Source: an uncultured Bacteroidales bacterium (GTDB taxonomy: Bacteria; Bacteroidota; Bacteroidia; Bacteroidales; UBA932). From it: a stretch of DNA of 64,000 nt. The notes beneath the pieces are model-generated. The model did no database searches, had not been told where the DNA came from, and saw only the letters and a list, made by a program, of their open reading frames with translations. Of this stretch, positions 41,255-49,679 are shown piece by piece. Position numbers and translations under genes: made by a program. The stretch covers positions 13,179-77,178 of the forward strand of contig CAMBRR010000001.1 of NCBI GenBank assembly GCA_945870315.1, read 5' to 3'. Position 1 is the first letter of the stretch, and every line of letters starts with the position of its first letter.

Positions 41255-41285
41255 TTTGATTTAATCAATTATTTGCATACCTTTG
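41255..41285 (+). promoter_or_regulatory. Candidate rpsU promoter: -33 TTTG, 19-nt spacer, -7 TACCTTTG
   Basis: TTTG at 41255-41258 and TACCTTTG at 41278-41285. This matches the Bacteroides primary-sigma consensus in both sequence and spacing. Confidence 0.55.
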
Positions 41286-41301
41286 CGCCCGCTATAAATA
41301 A

Positions 41302-41311
41302 AAGGAGGTGA
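41302..41311 (+). promoter_or_regulatory. Extended Shine-Dalgarno sequence AAGGAGGTGA of rpsU
   Basis: 10-nt perfect complement to the canonical 16S 3' end, 7 nt upstream of ATG 41319. Confidence 0.75.
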
Positions 41312-41318
41312 TAAGATT

Positions 41319-41513
41319 ATGATTATAGTACCGGTAAAAGACGGCGAAAATATCGACAAGGCTCTTAAGAAATTCAAGAGAAAATTCGAGAAAACGGGTG
41401 CAATCCGTGAGCTTCGCGCAAGGAAAACATTCGTAAAACCGTCTGTGAAGAGGAGAACACAGTTGCTCAAAGCAATCTATGTTCAGCAGATGCAGCTCCA
41501 GGACGAGCAGTAA
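41319..41513 (+). CDS. rpsU: 30S ribosomal protein bS21
   Basis: 64 aa. ENIDKALKKFKRKFEKTGAIRELRARKTFVKPSVKRR. Confidence 0.95.
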   Translation: MIIVPVKDGENIDKALKKFKRKFEKTGAIRELRARKTFVKPSVKRRTQLLKAIYVQQMQLQDEQ

Positions 41514-41640
41514 TCAAGTGCGGCCTCAGGTCGCAAAATTATAGAATTTACAGATTGTCAAGCCAGGGAAAGAGTTGTCACGGTGAGATGCCGGTTGGAC
41601 AACCGCTTGCTTTCTAAAACTTTATTACAATAAGTTTTTT
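41514..41640 (+). promoter_or_regulatory. Structured 127-nt spacer between rpsU and rplU (candidate r-protein leader / processing element)
   Basis: Hairpin UGCGGCC-UCA-GGUCGCA (41519-41535). Composite hairpin 41559-41609: CAAGC/GCUUG outer stem, GUUGUC/GACAAC inner stem, CGG/CCG apical stem. A second UUGUC copy (41555-41559) could compete for the same GACAA. No TAnnTTTG box in the spacer. Confidence 0.3.
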
Positions 41641-41952
41641 ATGTACGCAATCGTTGACATTGCTGGTCAGCAGTTTAAAGTAGAAGCTGGCAAAGAAATC
41701 TTTGTAAACCGCCTCGCAGCAGAGAAAGGCGCTTCTGTCGAGTTCGACAAGGTACTTCTTATCGATGAGGACGGAGCAGTTAAGGTGGGTGCACCTTATG
41801 TGGACGGAGCCAAAGTAACAGCTACTGTTCTTTGTGACACTTGCAAAGGCAAGAAGGTCCTCGTTTTCAAGAAGAAACGCCGCAAAGGCTATCAGAAAAT
41901 GAACGGACACCGTCAGTATCTTACCAAACTTCAGATCAATACGATCGCTTAA
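41641..41952 (+). CDS. rplU: 50S ribosomal protein bL21
   Basis: 103 aa. [25 protein letters not shown] and [17 protein letters not shown]. Confidence 0.96.
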   Translation: MYAIVDIAGQQFKVEAGKEIFVNRLAAEKGASVEFDKVLLIDEDGAVKVGAPYVDGAKVTATVLCDTCKGKKVLVFKKKRRKGYQKMNGHRQYLTKLQINTIA

Positions 41953-41972
41953 TCATTTGAGGAGGAATAATT

Positions 41973-42233
41973 ATGGCACATAAAAAAGGCGTCGGTAGTT
42001 CCAAGAACGGTCGTGAGTCAGAGAGCAAACGACTCGGTATCAAAAAATTCGGTGATCAGGCAGTAAAAGCTGGCAACATCCTTGTTCGTCAGAGAGGAAC
42101 TGTCCACAATCCAGGTCTGAACGTGGGTATGGGTAGAGATCACACACTTTATGCTCTCATCGACGGAAGGGTTTCTTTCCGCAAGAAAGCTGACAACAAA
42201 TCTTATGTCTCGGTGCTCCCTTTTGAGAACTAA
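41973..42233 (+). CDS. rpmA: 50S ribosomal protein bL27
   Basis: 86 aa. [22 protein letters not shown] and ILVRQRGT. Confidence 0.96.
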   Translation: MAHKKGVGSSKNGRESESKRLGIKKFGDQAVKAGNILVRQRGTVHNPGLNVGMGRDHTLYALIDGRVSFRKKADNKSYVSVLPFEN

Positions 42234-42255
42234 GACTCGGGATTTATAACAAGAC

Positions 42256-42297
42256 AGAGGACTGGTGTACCCGAGTGGGCTCAGTCCTCTTTTTTTA
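42256..42297 (+). terminator. Intrinsic terminator after rpmA
   Basis: 9-bp perfect stem AGAGGACUG (42256-42264) / CAGUCCUCU (42282-42290), followed by TTTTTTT (42291-42297). Confidence 0.8.
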
Positions 42298-42324
42298 TGG
42301 CTGAAAATACTAAAATTTTATAAT

Positions 42325-43596
42325 ATGTTGACACTCAAGTTACTCCGTGAGAACCCGGAGTTTGTCATAAACAAACTTGCAATCAAACATTTTGATGCGC
42401 GAGAGATTGTTGAAAAGATAATTGCTCTTGATAAGAACAGGCGTAACCTCCAGACTGAATTGGATGCTTGTCTTGCTGAACAGAAAAAGAAGGCTGCCCA
42501 GATTGGCTCTTTGATGAAAGAAGGTAAAAGGGCTGAAGCAGAAGCCGTAAAGGCTGAAGTCGCTTCGCTTAAGGCAAAATCATCAGACCTGGACAAAACA
42601 TCCCAGGAAAACAATGCTGAGCTTGATTCCCTGATGGTCCTTCTTCCGAACATCCCTTGCGACGCAGTTCCGGAAGGAAAGGGAGCTGAGGATAATGTGG
42701 TTGTCAAGATGGGTAACGAGATTCCAGACCTCGGACCGGATGCTCTTCCTCACTGGGAACTTGCCAAGAAGTTTGATATCATAGACTTTGACCTTGGAGT
42801 GAAACTCACAGGTGCCGGTTTCCCCGTTTACAAAGGAAAGGGCGCTCGCCTGCAGAGAGCTCTCATCAACTATTTCCTGGATATCAATACCAAAGCCGGA
42901 TATCTTGAGGTGGAACCTCCGGTGATGGTCAATGAGGCCTCTGGCTTCGGTACAGGTCAACTTCCTGATAAGGAAGGCCAGATGTATCACGCTACCGTGG
43001 ACAATTTCTATCTTGTGCCTACCGCAGAGGTTCCTGTAACCAATATTTACAGGGATGTAATCCTTGGAAACAATGATTTCCCGGTTAAGATGACAGCCTA
43101 TACTCCTTGCTTCAGACGTGAGGCCGGTTCTTATGGAAAGGATGTGCGTGGACTGAACCGCTTGCATCAGTTCGACAAGGTCGAGATTGTACGCCTGGAG
43201 AAGCCCGAGAATTCATATGCTGCTCTGGATGAAATGATTGCTCATGTTGAGGGCATTGTAAATTCTCTCGGTCTTCCATACAGGATTCTCCGTCTTTGCG
43301 GTGGAGACATGAGTTTCACTTCAGCAATCACTTATGATTTTGAGGTGTATTCTGCAGCCCAGGGAAGGTGGCTTGAGATTTCATCTGTTTCCAATTTCGA
43401 GTCATATCAGGCTAACCGTCTGAAACTTAGATATAAGGACGCTGAAGGCAAGATTCAGCTTGCCCATACTCTCAATGGCAGTTCCCTCGCTCTTCCGCGT
43501 GTGGTTGCAGCCCTTCTTGAGAATAACCAGAAGGACGGACGCATTTGGATTCCGGAGGCTCTTCGCCCATATACGGGATTCGATTATATCGGTTAG
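42325..43596 (+). CDS. serS: Serine--tRNA ligase
   Basis: Start at MLTLKLLRENPEF (ATG 42325). The ORF-track start at 42265 lies inside the rpmA terminator. Class II motifs FRREAGS and GSSLALPR. Confidence 0.96.
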   Translation: MLTLKLLRENPEFVINKLAIKHFDAREIVEKIIALDKNRRNLQTELDACLAEQKKKAAQIGSLMKEGKRAEAEAVKAEVASLKAKSSDLDKTSQENNAELDSLMVLLPNIPCDAVPEGKGAEDNVVVKMGNEIPDLGPDALPHWELAKKFDIIDFDLGVKLTGAGFPVYKGKGARLQRALINYFLDINTKAGYLEVEPPVMVNEASGFGTGQLPDKEGQMYHATVDNFYLVPTAEVPVTNIYRDVILGNNDFPVKMTAYTPCFRREAGSYGKDVRGLNRLHQFDKVEIVRLEKPENSYAALDEMIAHVEGIVNSLGLPYRILRLCGGDMSFTSAITYDFEVYSAAQGRWLEISSVSNFESYQANRLKLRYKDAEGKIQLAHTLNGSSLALPRVVAALLENNQKDGRIWIPEALRPYTGFDYIG

Positions 43597-43611
43597 TTTT
43601 AATATTACTTA

Positions 43612-44160
43612 ATGACAATATTAGGCATCGACCCCGGAACGAATATTTTGGGATATGGAATAATTGAAGCAGAGAACAAGCACCCCCGTTATGTGGATAT
43701 GGGGGTGTTTGATTTGCGTAAAATCAAGGATCCCTTTGAAAAACTTGCGAATATCTTTTCCGGAGTTGACGAGCTTCTCGCGGAGTATCAGCCGGATTAT
43801 CTTGCGGTCGAGTCTCCGTTCTACGGGAAAAATGCCCAGGTCATCCTGAAACTTGGCAGGGCCCAGGGAGCGGCTTTGACTGCCGCAGTTATGCGCGGAA
43901 TCCCGGTGGCGGAATATGCCCCGAGAAAGGCAAAGATTGCCATTTGCGGCAACGGAGCGGCGTCAAAGGAACAGGTAAGCGTGATGATTCAGAAAACTCT
44001 AGGAGTTAATCTGGATCCGAAATATCTGGATGCTACGGATGCATTGGCAATTGCTCTATGCCACTTCTACCAGCTTACCAATCCTCTTGCAGCAGGTAGC
44101 GGAAGGGGCGACTGGAAGCATTTTCTTTCGGAACATCCGGAAAGAATTCAGAAAAAATAA
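43612..44160 (+). CDS. ruvC: Crossover junction endodeoxyribonuclease RuvC
   Basis: 182 aa. ILGIDPG, LAVESPFYGKN and DATDALAIALCH. Confidence 0.94.
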   Translation: MTILGIDPGTNILGYGIIEAENKHPRYVDMGVFDLRKIKDPFEKLANIFSGVDELLAEYQPDYLAVESPFYGKNAQVILKLGRAQGAALTAAVMRGIPVAEYAPRKAKIAICGNGAASKEQVSVMIQKTLGVNLDPKYLDATDALAIALCHFYQLTNPLAAGSGRGDWKHFLSEHPERIQKK

Positions 44161-44236
44161 TGTGCCGGATTAAACCGGAGGATACGAAAAGTGTCTAAAG
44201 AAAACGTGTGGGGCTGACCGCGACTGGTCAACCCCA

Positions 44237-44244
44237 TATGTTTG
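44237..44244 (+). promoter_or_regulatory. Candidate -7 promoter box TATGTTTG upstream of the outer-membrane protein gene
   Basis: Exact TAnnTTTG match 17 nt upstream of ATG 44262, immediately after a GGGGCTGACC / GGTCAACCCC hairpin (44210-44235). Confidence 0.4.
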
Positions 44245-44261
44245 AAAAACAGCTATTGATT

Positions 44262-47200
44262 ATGACAAGCAGACTCAGAAACATTATTGCTGGCGTGATA
44301 ACAGCCATTGTTTTGACCATCCCCTTTGCAGCGTATGCACAGGGAGGCTACACTCTAAAATTCAAACTTCTTGATGCTCAAACAGATGAACCTGTGGCTT
44401 TTGCCACTGTATCCATCACTAAAAAGGGAGAGACTACGGCAAAAAAATACATTCTTACCAATGACGAAGGAGTCGCTTCTATGACTTCCGTTCCACGGGG
44501 CACATATGTATTCAAGGCTGAATTGATGGGTTATAAGACATATGAAAAGGAAATAGCCGTTGAAAAGTCCCTTGATATGGGTGAAATCAAGATGGAGCAG
44601 GACAAGCAGGTGCTGGATGCTGCAAGTGTTTCAGCGGTGGGCAATCCGATAATAGTCAAGAAGGATACCATAGAATATAATGCTTCTTCATTCCGTACCA
44701 CTGACAATGATGTCCTTGAGGACCTTTTGAAGAAACTCCCTGGGGTGGAGGTCGGCTCTGACGGTAAGATAACTGCCAATGGCGAGGAAATTACAAAGAT
44801 TACCATCGATGGAAAGACATTCTTCCTTGACGATCCGTCCCTAGCGTCGAAAAATATTCCGGCCAAGATAGTCGAAAAGGTAAAAGTTGTGGAGAAAAAG
44901 TCTGATCAGGCGATGTTTACCGGCATAGACGATGGTGAGGAAGAGACTATTATCGACCTTTCTCTTCGTCCCGGAATGATGAAAGGATGGTTCGGTAATG
45001 TCTCGGCAGGTGGCGGACACGACCTTCAGCAGACTTGGGAAGAGGGTGACTGGCGTTACCAGGGAGCGGCTATGATAGGACGTTTCACTGACAAGAGTCA
45101 GCTCAGCATCATCCTCAACGGCAACAATACCAACAATCGTGGCTTCAACGATATGGCAGGTTCAATGATGAGTTCTATGAGAGGCGGCGGAATGGGCCGT
45201 GGCGGTGGAGGCTGGGGACAGAGTAACGGCATCACCTCTTCCTGGATGGGTGGCGTGAACGGAGCTTTCACTCTTCTGGATGGAGATATGGACCTGGCCG
45301 GAAATTACCTCTACAGCGGAAGCAGCAACTCCGTATTGGAAAAAAGCAATAAGATTACCTATCTTGACGGCGGCGACAGACTCATATATGAAAACGGAGG
45401 ACCTGAGAACTTCGGCAAGAATCCGGGTTATGGCTACAGCAACAACTTCACTCAGGGCCACCGATTCGGTGTCCGTCTTGAGCATAAGTTCAGCGAGAAC
45501 ACTTCCATAATCTTTGAACCTCAGGTAAATTTCGGCGGCGGACATTATAATGAATATTCCGACTTTTCCACCAGTCGTTACCTTGCGCAAACCGGAGATG
45601 AAATAAAGGTGAATGATGGTTTCAACTCCACGATAGGATATAATTCCAACTGGACTACCAGCGGAATGTTCCTCTTGCGTCAGAAACTTGGGAAGCCGGG
45701 AAGAACCCTTTCAGCCAATGTAAGATACAGCTTCTCGGGGAATAAACTGAAAGATGCCCTAAACCAGTCTCTAACAACCAATTACGATGACTCTGGCAAA
45801 CCGACAGGAAAAGATGACATTGTCAATCAGCGAATAAATTCCAAGACCAACAGTCAGAGCATCAATGCGAGACTTTCCTACACCGAGCCTCTTGGCCACA
45901 ATCTCTTTCTTGAAGCAAGTTACCGTTACAGCTGGCAAAGAAACTACAGCGACAAGCTTGCCTGCAATTCCGGAAATAATGACGGCTTCAGCTCGGATAA
46001 CCATATATATGTCATTGAAGGGGAGACTCCCGATGATGCTTATTCAAGCAATATCCTGAATGTCAGCCAGAACCATATTGCCGGAGTCAATCTCCAATAT
46101 CAAAATGGAAAACTCCGCACCCAAATCGGAGCATCCATTCAGCCTACGATAACCCACAACCGTACCAAAACTGCCTCCCTTGTGGATACGACATATACTG
46201 TGCTGAACTGGGCTCCTCAGGCAATGCTCAGCTATGAGTTCAATGACAATTCCGAAATTCGGCTCTTCTATCGGGGACGTTCCTCCCAGCCGTCCACAAG
46301 CCAGTTGATGCCGGTTCCAGACAATTCCAACCCTCTGAATGTCTCCCTGGGTAACCCATATCTGAAGCCATATTTCAGCCACTATCTCAGAGGACATTTC
46401 GGCTATACTGACAAGAAGACCTTCTTCTCCATCAGAGGACGTTTCGGAGCGGGAATGACACAGAATCCGATTACTTCTGCTGTGTGGTATGGCGACAACG
46501 GAGCACAGTACTCGATGCCTTTGAACGGCCTGACCAACGGTAATGCCAGCTTCGACTTCTTCCTCAACAGCCCGATTGCGAAATCGAATTTCTCTGTGAT
46601 GAATTTCTTCAGGGCATCCTACAACCAGACATCATCCTTCATAGGGAAAAGTGCCCTCAGGACATCAGACTATTATGATAGCGACAAGGCGGTCTTTAAC
46701 TACGACAAATTCAACGCGGATTTCTTCAACCACGACCAGCCTGGTTCTGCCGGATATGATTTCGATGACTATTTCTCCACCAACATCACTCAAAGCGTGA
46801 ACTTTACAGAACGCCTGAGTTTCAAATATTCTGCAAAGATTGTTGAACTGAATCTGGGAGCGAGAACCACCTGCAACAAGAGCTGGTACACTCTTCAGGA
46901 AGACCAGAAGGCAAGGTGGAACAACCAGGTGAGCGCCTCCATGAACTGGACAATTCCAGGCGGAGTGACCGTTGCCTCCGACCTCAACTACAATTGGTAC
47001 TATGGCTATACGACTCATCAGGAAGACGAGTATGTGTGGAATGCTGAAATCTCCAAACTTCTGTTCAAGAAAAGGTTTACAATAGCCATCAAGGCATATG
47101 ACATCCTGAACCAATCCAAGAACCTGAGTATCACCGATGCTGCAAACTACCATCAGGAGGTTAGAAACAATACCCTTGGCAGATATATCATCCTGTCACT

Positions 47201-47297
47201 GACCTACCGTTTCGGCAACTACGGCAAGGCTAGAGAGCAGATGAGAGCCGGAGGTCCGGGCCCGGGAGGCCGTATGGGCCCTCCTCCAGGAAGGTAA
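44262..47297 (+). CDS. Large outer-membrane beta-barrel protein: carboxypeptidase-regulatory-like N-domain, plug-like region, barrel, Gly/Pro tail
   Basis: Start at MTSRLRNIIAGVITAIVLTIPFAAYAQ (signal peptide). FKLLDAQTDEPVAFATVSI (CarbopepD_reg-like), DVLEDLLKKLPGVEV (plug-like), and alternating beta-strand pattern to LSLTYRF. No family-specific function assignable. Confidence 0.8.
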   Translation: MTSRLRNIIAGVITAIVLTIPFAAYAQGGYTLKFKLLDAQTDEPVAFATVSITKKGETTAKKYILTNDEGVASMTSVPRGTYVFKAELMGYKTYEKEIAVEKSLDMGEIKMEQDKQVLDAASVSAVGNPIIVKKDTIEYNASSFRTTDNDVLEDLLKKLPGVEVGSDGKITANGEEITKITIDGKTFFLDDPSLASKNIPAKIVEKVKVVEKKSDQAMFTGIDDGEEETIIDLSLRPGMMKGWFGNVSAGGGHDLQQTWEEGDWRYQGAAMIGRFTDKSQLSIILNGNNTNNRGFNDMAGSMMSSMRGGGMGRGGGGWGQSNGITSSWMGGVNGAFTLLDGDMDLAGNYLYSGSSNSVLEKSNKITYLDGGDRLIYENGGPENFGKNPGYGYSNNFTQGHRFGVRLEHKFSENTSIIFEPQVNFGGGHYNEYSDFSTSRYLAQTGDEIKVNDGFNSTIGYNSNWTTSGMFLLRQKLGKPGRTLSANVRYSFSGNKLKDALNQSLTTNYDDSGKPTGKDDIVNQRINSKTNSQSINARLSYTEPLGHNLFLEASYRYSWQRNYSDKLACNSGNNDGFSSDNHIYVIEGETPDDAYSSNILNVSQNHIAGVNLQYQNGKLRTQIGASIQPTITHNRTKTASLVDTTYTVLNWAPQAMLSYEFNDNSEIRLFYRGRSSQPSTSQLMPVPDNSNPLNVSLGNPYLKPYFSHYLRGHFGYTDKKTFFSIRGRFGAGMTQNPITSAVWYGDNGAQYSMPLNGLTNGNASFDFFLNSPIAKSNFSVMNFFRASYNQTSSFIGKSALRTSDYYDSDKAVFNYDKFNADFFNHDQPGSAGYDFDDYFSTNITQSVNFTERLSFKYSAKIVELNLGARTTCNKSWYTLQEDQKARWNNQVSASMNWTIPGGVTVASDLNYNWYYGYTTHQEDEYVWNAEISKLLFKKRFTIAIKAYDILNQSKNLSITDAANYHQEVRNNTLGRYIILSLTYRFGNYGKAREQMRAGGPGPGGRMGPPPGR

Positions 47298-47302
47298 TAA
47301 AT

Positions 47303-48928
47303 TTACTTACGAATGAAAAACTTCACGGCCAGGGCAGCCAGAAGCAAAATGAAGACAAAGGTGCAGACTCTTCCTGCCACATCTCCGTATCTCACGAAGA
47401 AGGTTATCTTCCCGCTTAAAGGTATTTGCCCTACAATGCAGGCGGGTTCCCACCACGGGGACCTGCTTTTTATTTCTCCGGAAGGGGAGATTATGGCGCT
47501 GATGCCCGTGTTCGCACATCTTGCTATCGCCCTTCTTGTCTCGATGGCCCTGAGGCGGGAGTAGTTGAGATGCTGCCTGTAGCCGGGAGTATCACCCCAC
47601 CAGGCATCGTTGGTGATGACTGTCATAGCCTTTGCTCCTTTGGCAACATAGGTGGAAAAATACTCTCCGTAAACAGATTCGTAACATATGGCGCATCCGA
47701 CAGGCACTCCTTCGGCGTCTTTTCCTATGAAGTGCAGTACCTGGGCTTCACCATCCCCGACACATCTTCCCATCACACCTCCAAGCAGGTCGTCAACCTT
47801 GCAGAAAAATTTAGGGAACGGAGTCATTTCGACACCCACCACGAGTTTGTTCTTGTGGAAGATTTCAGTGCGGCCGCTTCTGTCCATCATCAATGCAGAA
47901 TTGTGGGATTCCACCCAGTAGCCGTCTCTCACTTTGCGCGCCGTGGCAGATGGAGCTGTGCGTGAGGCTATATAGGTATGGGTGGATGCTCCGAAAAGCA
48001 GGTTGACAGTGGAAGGATACTTCTGAAGAAAATCATTGAACTCCCTCCAGGTAAGGCTGGATTGAGGGTCGTTTGTCGTGATTCCGGAGGTGAAGGTTTC
48101 AGGTGCGAGAATCAGAACTGTGCTGTCCCCCTGCCTTATGAGTCCATCCAGTTGTGGCTTGATCTGGGAGAGCAATATGGCATTCTGCCTTTGCTGGGAC
48201 ATTGCCTCGAATTTGTTGTAAGGATCTATGTTGGGCTGGGCAATCACAACCTGGAGGCTTCCCCCATTGTCTTCATCAGTCTCATCAGGGTATGACAGGA
48301 TGGACCAAAGAATGGGACCTACCAGCACAAGAGGCAGGACTGCAATGAAGGCAACCCTGGCCTTGAGATTGAAGGTGTTCCATCTGCCATCGGAAAGGAC
48401 GCACATAAGAGCAAAAATACAGAGGTTGCTCATCCATATCCAAAGCGACCCTCCCAGGGCACCGGTATATTCATACCATTGAACTGCCCAGGTGCTTCCG
48501 GCAAAGGCATTCCCCAGCACTAGCCACGGCCAGGAAATCTGGGCATCGAAATAGAATCTTTCCCAGGCAATCCAGCAAGTTGCAAGGAAGATATATGGAA
48601 GAATCCCCTTCAGATACTTCTTGCTGAAGCGGAAGGCTCCGAATATCAGCGACATCTGTAGGGCATTTGCAAAAATGGCGAACAATCCGCCCCCGATGGT
48701 GGCGTTGCAAACCCAGAAGGTTGTTGCTGCATTCCAGAGCACGAAACAGGCATAATGCCACATCCAGAAATGCCTCACTCCGGCCTCAGACGCAATCTTT
48801 TCCATACAAAGAAGTGGCACAATAGCGAACAGGGCCAGCAGTCCGCAATGAGGCACCAGGAAAGGTAGCGACATAAGCAAGGTAAAGGCAAGGGAAAGGA
48901 AAATCAAGGATTTGTATGTCTGTTTCAT
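47303..48928 (-). CDS. lnt: Apolipoprotein N-acyltransferase
   Basis: Start at MKQTYKSLIFLSLAF (Met29 of the ORF track). Multi-TM N-terminal half and a CN-hydrolase domain with PETF and CAICYESVYGE. Confidence 0.9.
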   Translation of the reverse strand: MKQTYKSLIFLSLAFTLLMSLPFLVPHCGLLALFAIVPLLCMEKIASEAGVRHFWMWHYACFVLWNAATTFWVCNATIGGGLFAIFANALQMSLIFGAFRFSKKYLKGILPYIFLATCWIAWERFYFDAQISWPWLVLGNAFAGSTWAVQWYEYTGALGGSLWIWMSNLCIFALMCVLSDGRWNTFNLKARVAFIAVLPLVLVGPILWSILSYPDETDEDNGGSLQVVIAQPNIDPYNKFEAMSQQRQNAILLSQIKPQLDGLIRQGDSTVLILAPETFTSGITTNDPQSSLTWREFNDFLQKYPSTVNLLFGASTHTYIASRTAPSATARKVRDGYWVESHNSALMMDRSGRTEIFHKNKLVVGVEMTPFPKFFCKVDDLLGGVMGRCVGDGEAQVLHFIGKDAEGVPVGCAICYESVYGEYFSTYVAKGAKAMTVITNDAWWGDTPGYRQHLNYSRLRAIETRRAIARCANTGISAIISPSGEIKSRSPWWEPACIVGQIPLSGKITFFVRYGDVAGRVCTFVFILLLAALAVKFFIRK

Positions 48929-48949
48929 ATCGTTGCAGTTATGGATGGG

Positions 48950-48957
48950 CAAAGATA
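48950..48957 (-). promoter_or_regulatory. Candidate -7 box for lnt (TATCTTTG on the minus strand)
   Basis: The plus strand reads CAAAGATA, 22 nt upstream of the lnt ATG at 48928. Confidence 0.4.
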
Positions 48958-48969
48958 TAAAAAAATTAC

Positions 48970-48977
48970 TACCTTTG
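48970..48977 (+). promoter_or_regulatory. Candidate -7 box TACCTTTG for the LysE-family gene
   Basis: Exact TAnnTTTG match 38 nt upstream of ATG 49016. Divergent with the lnt box. A CCTTCC-TTGT-GGAAGG hairpin lies in the putative 5' UTR. Confidence 0.45.
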
Positions 48978-49015
48978 TCAGTTACCTTCCTTGTGGAAGG
49001 CAAATTGGGCAATAT

Positions 49016-49663
49016 ATGTGGATTGATATACTAAAGGGTTTCATCGTAGGAATATGCGCTTCGGCTCCAATCGGGCCGATATCCATTCTTGTTATACAGA
49101 AATCCCTGAGTAAGGGCCATAGGGCCGGATTCATCACCGGACTTGGCGCCAGTGTGGTGGACACCCTCTTTTCCATCATTGCAATCTTCGCCCTTGCCTT
49201 TGTGCAGAGCTTCATATCCAACTATCAGGTTCTCATATTGATTGCCGGAGGTATCATCCTGTCCATCCTCGGGCTATCGATGTCCTTTTCCGATCCTTTC
49301 AGGAAGATGAAATCGGGCGGAGGTCGCGCTTCTGCAACCGACTTCGGACAGGCGCTGGTGATGGGACTTACAAACCCGGGAGCTGTTTTTGTCATCCTCA
49401 CCCTCTTCGCCTTCTTTGGAATCGGAAGTGAGCAGCATCCTCATTCCTGGAGCATCGCTCCTGTCGTGCTGGCAGTAAGCGGGGGCTCTGTCCTGTATTG
49501 GTTTATGGTGACCTGGGCCTTGAGTCATTTCCGTAAGAAGTTCAAAATGAATACGATACTATGGATAAGCCGTCTCACCGGAGCTGTGGTGGTGATAATG
49601 GGAATCGCACTTTTGGGACAAGGCCTGTTCAAGGTTATATTCCAGGGTGCCTCCCTGTTATGA
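49016..49663 (+). CDS. LysE/RhtB-family amino acid exporter
   Basis: Start at MWIDILKGFIVGICASAPIGPI, the typical family N-terminus. Five or six TM helices. Confidence 0.8.
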   Translation: MWIDILKGFIVGICASAPIGPISILVIQKSLSKGHRAGFITGLGASVVDTLFSIIAIFALAFVQSFISNYQVLILIAGGIILSILGLSMSFSDPFRKMKSGGGRASATDFGQALVMGLTNPGAVFVILTLFAFFGIGSEQHPHSWSIAPVVLAVSGGSVLYWFMVTWALSHFRKKFKMNTILWISRLTGAVVVIMGIALLGQGLFKVIFQGASLL

Positions 49664-49679
49664 TGTAATTGATTTTATT

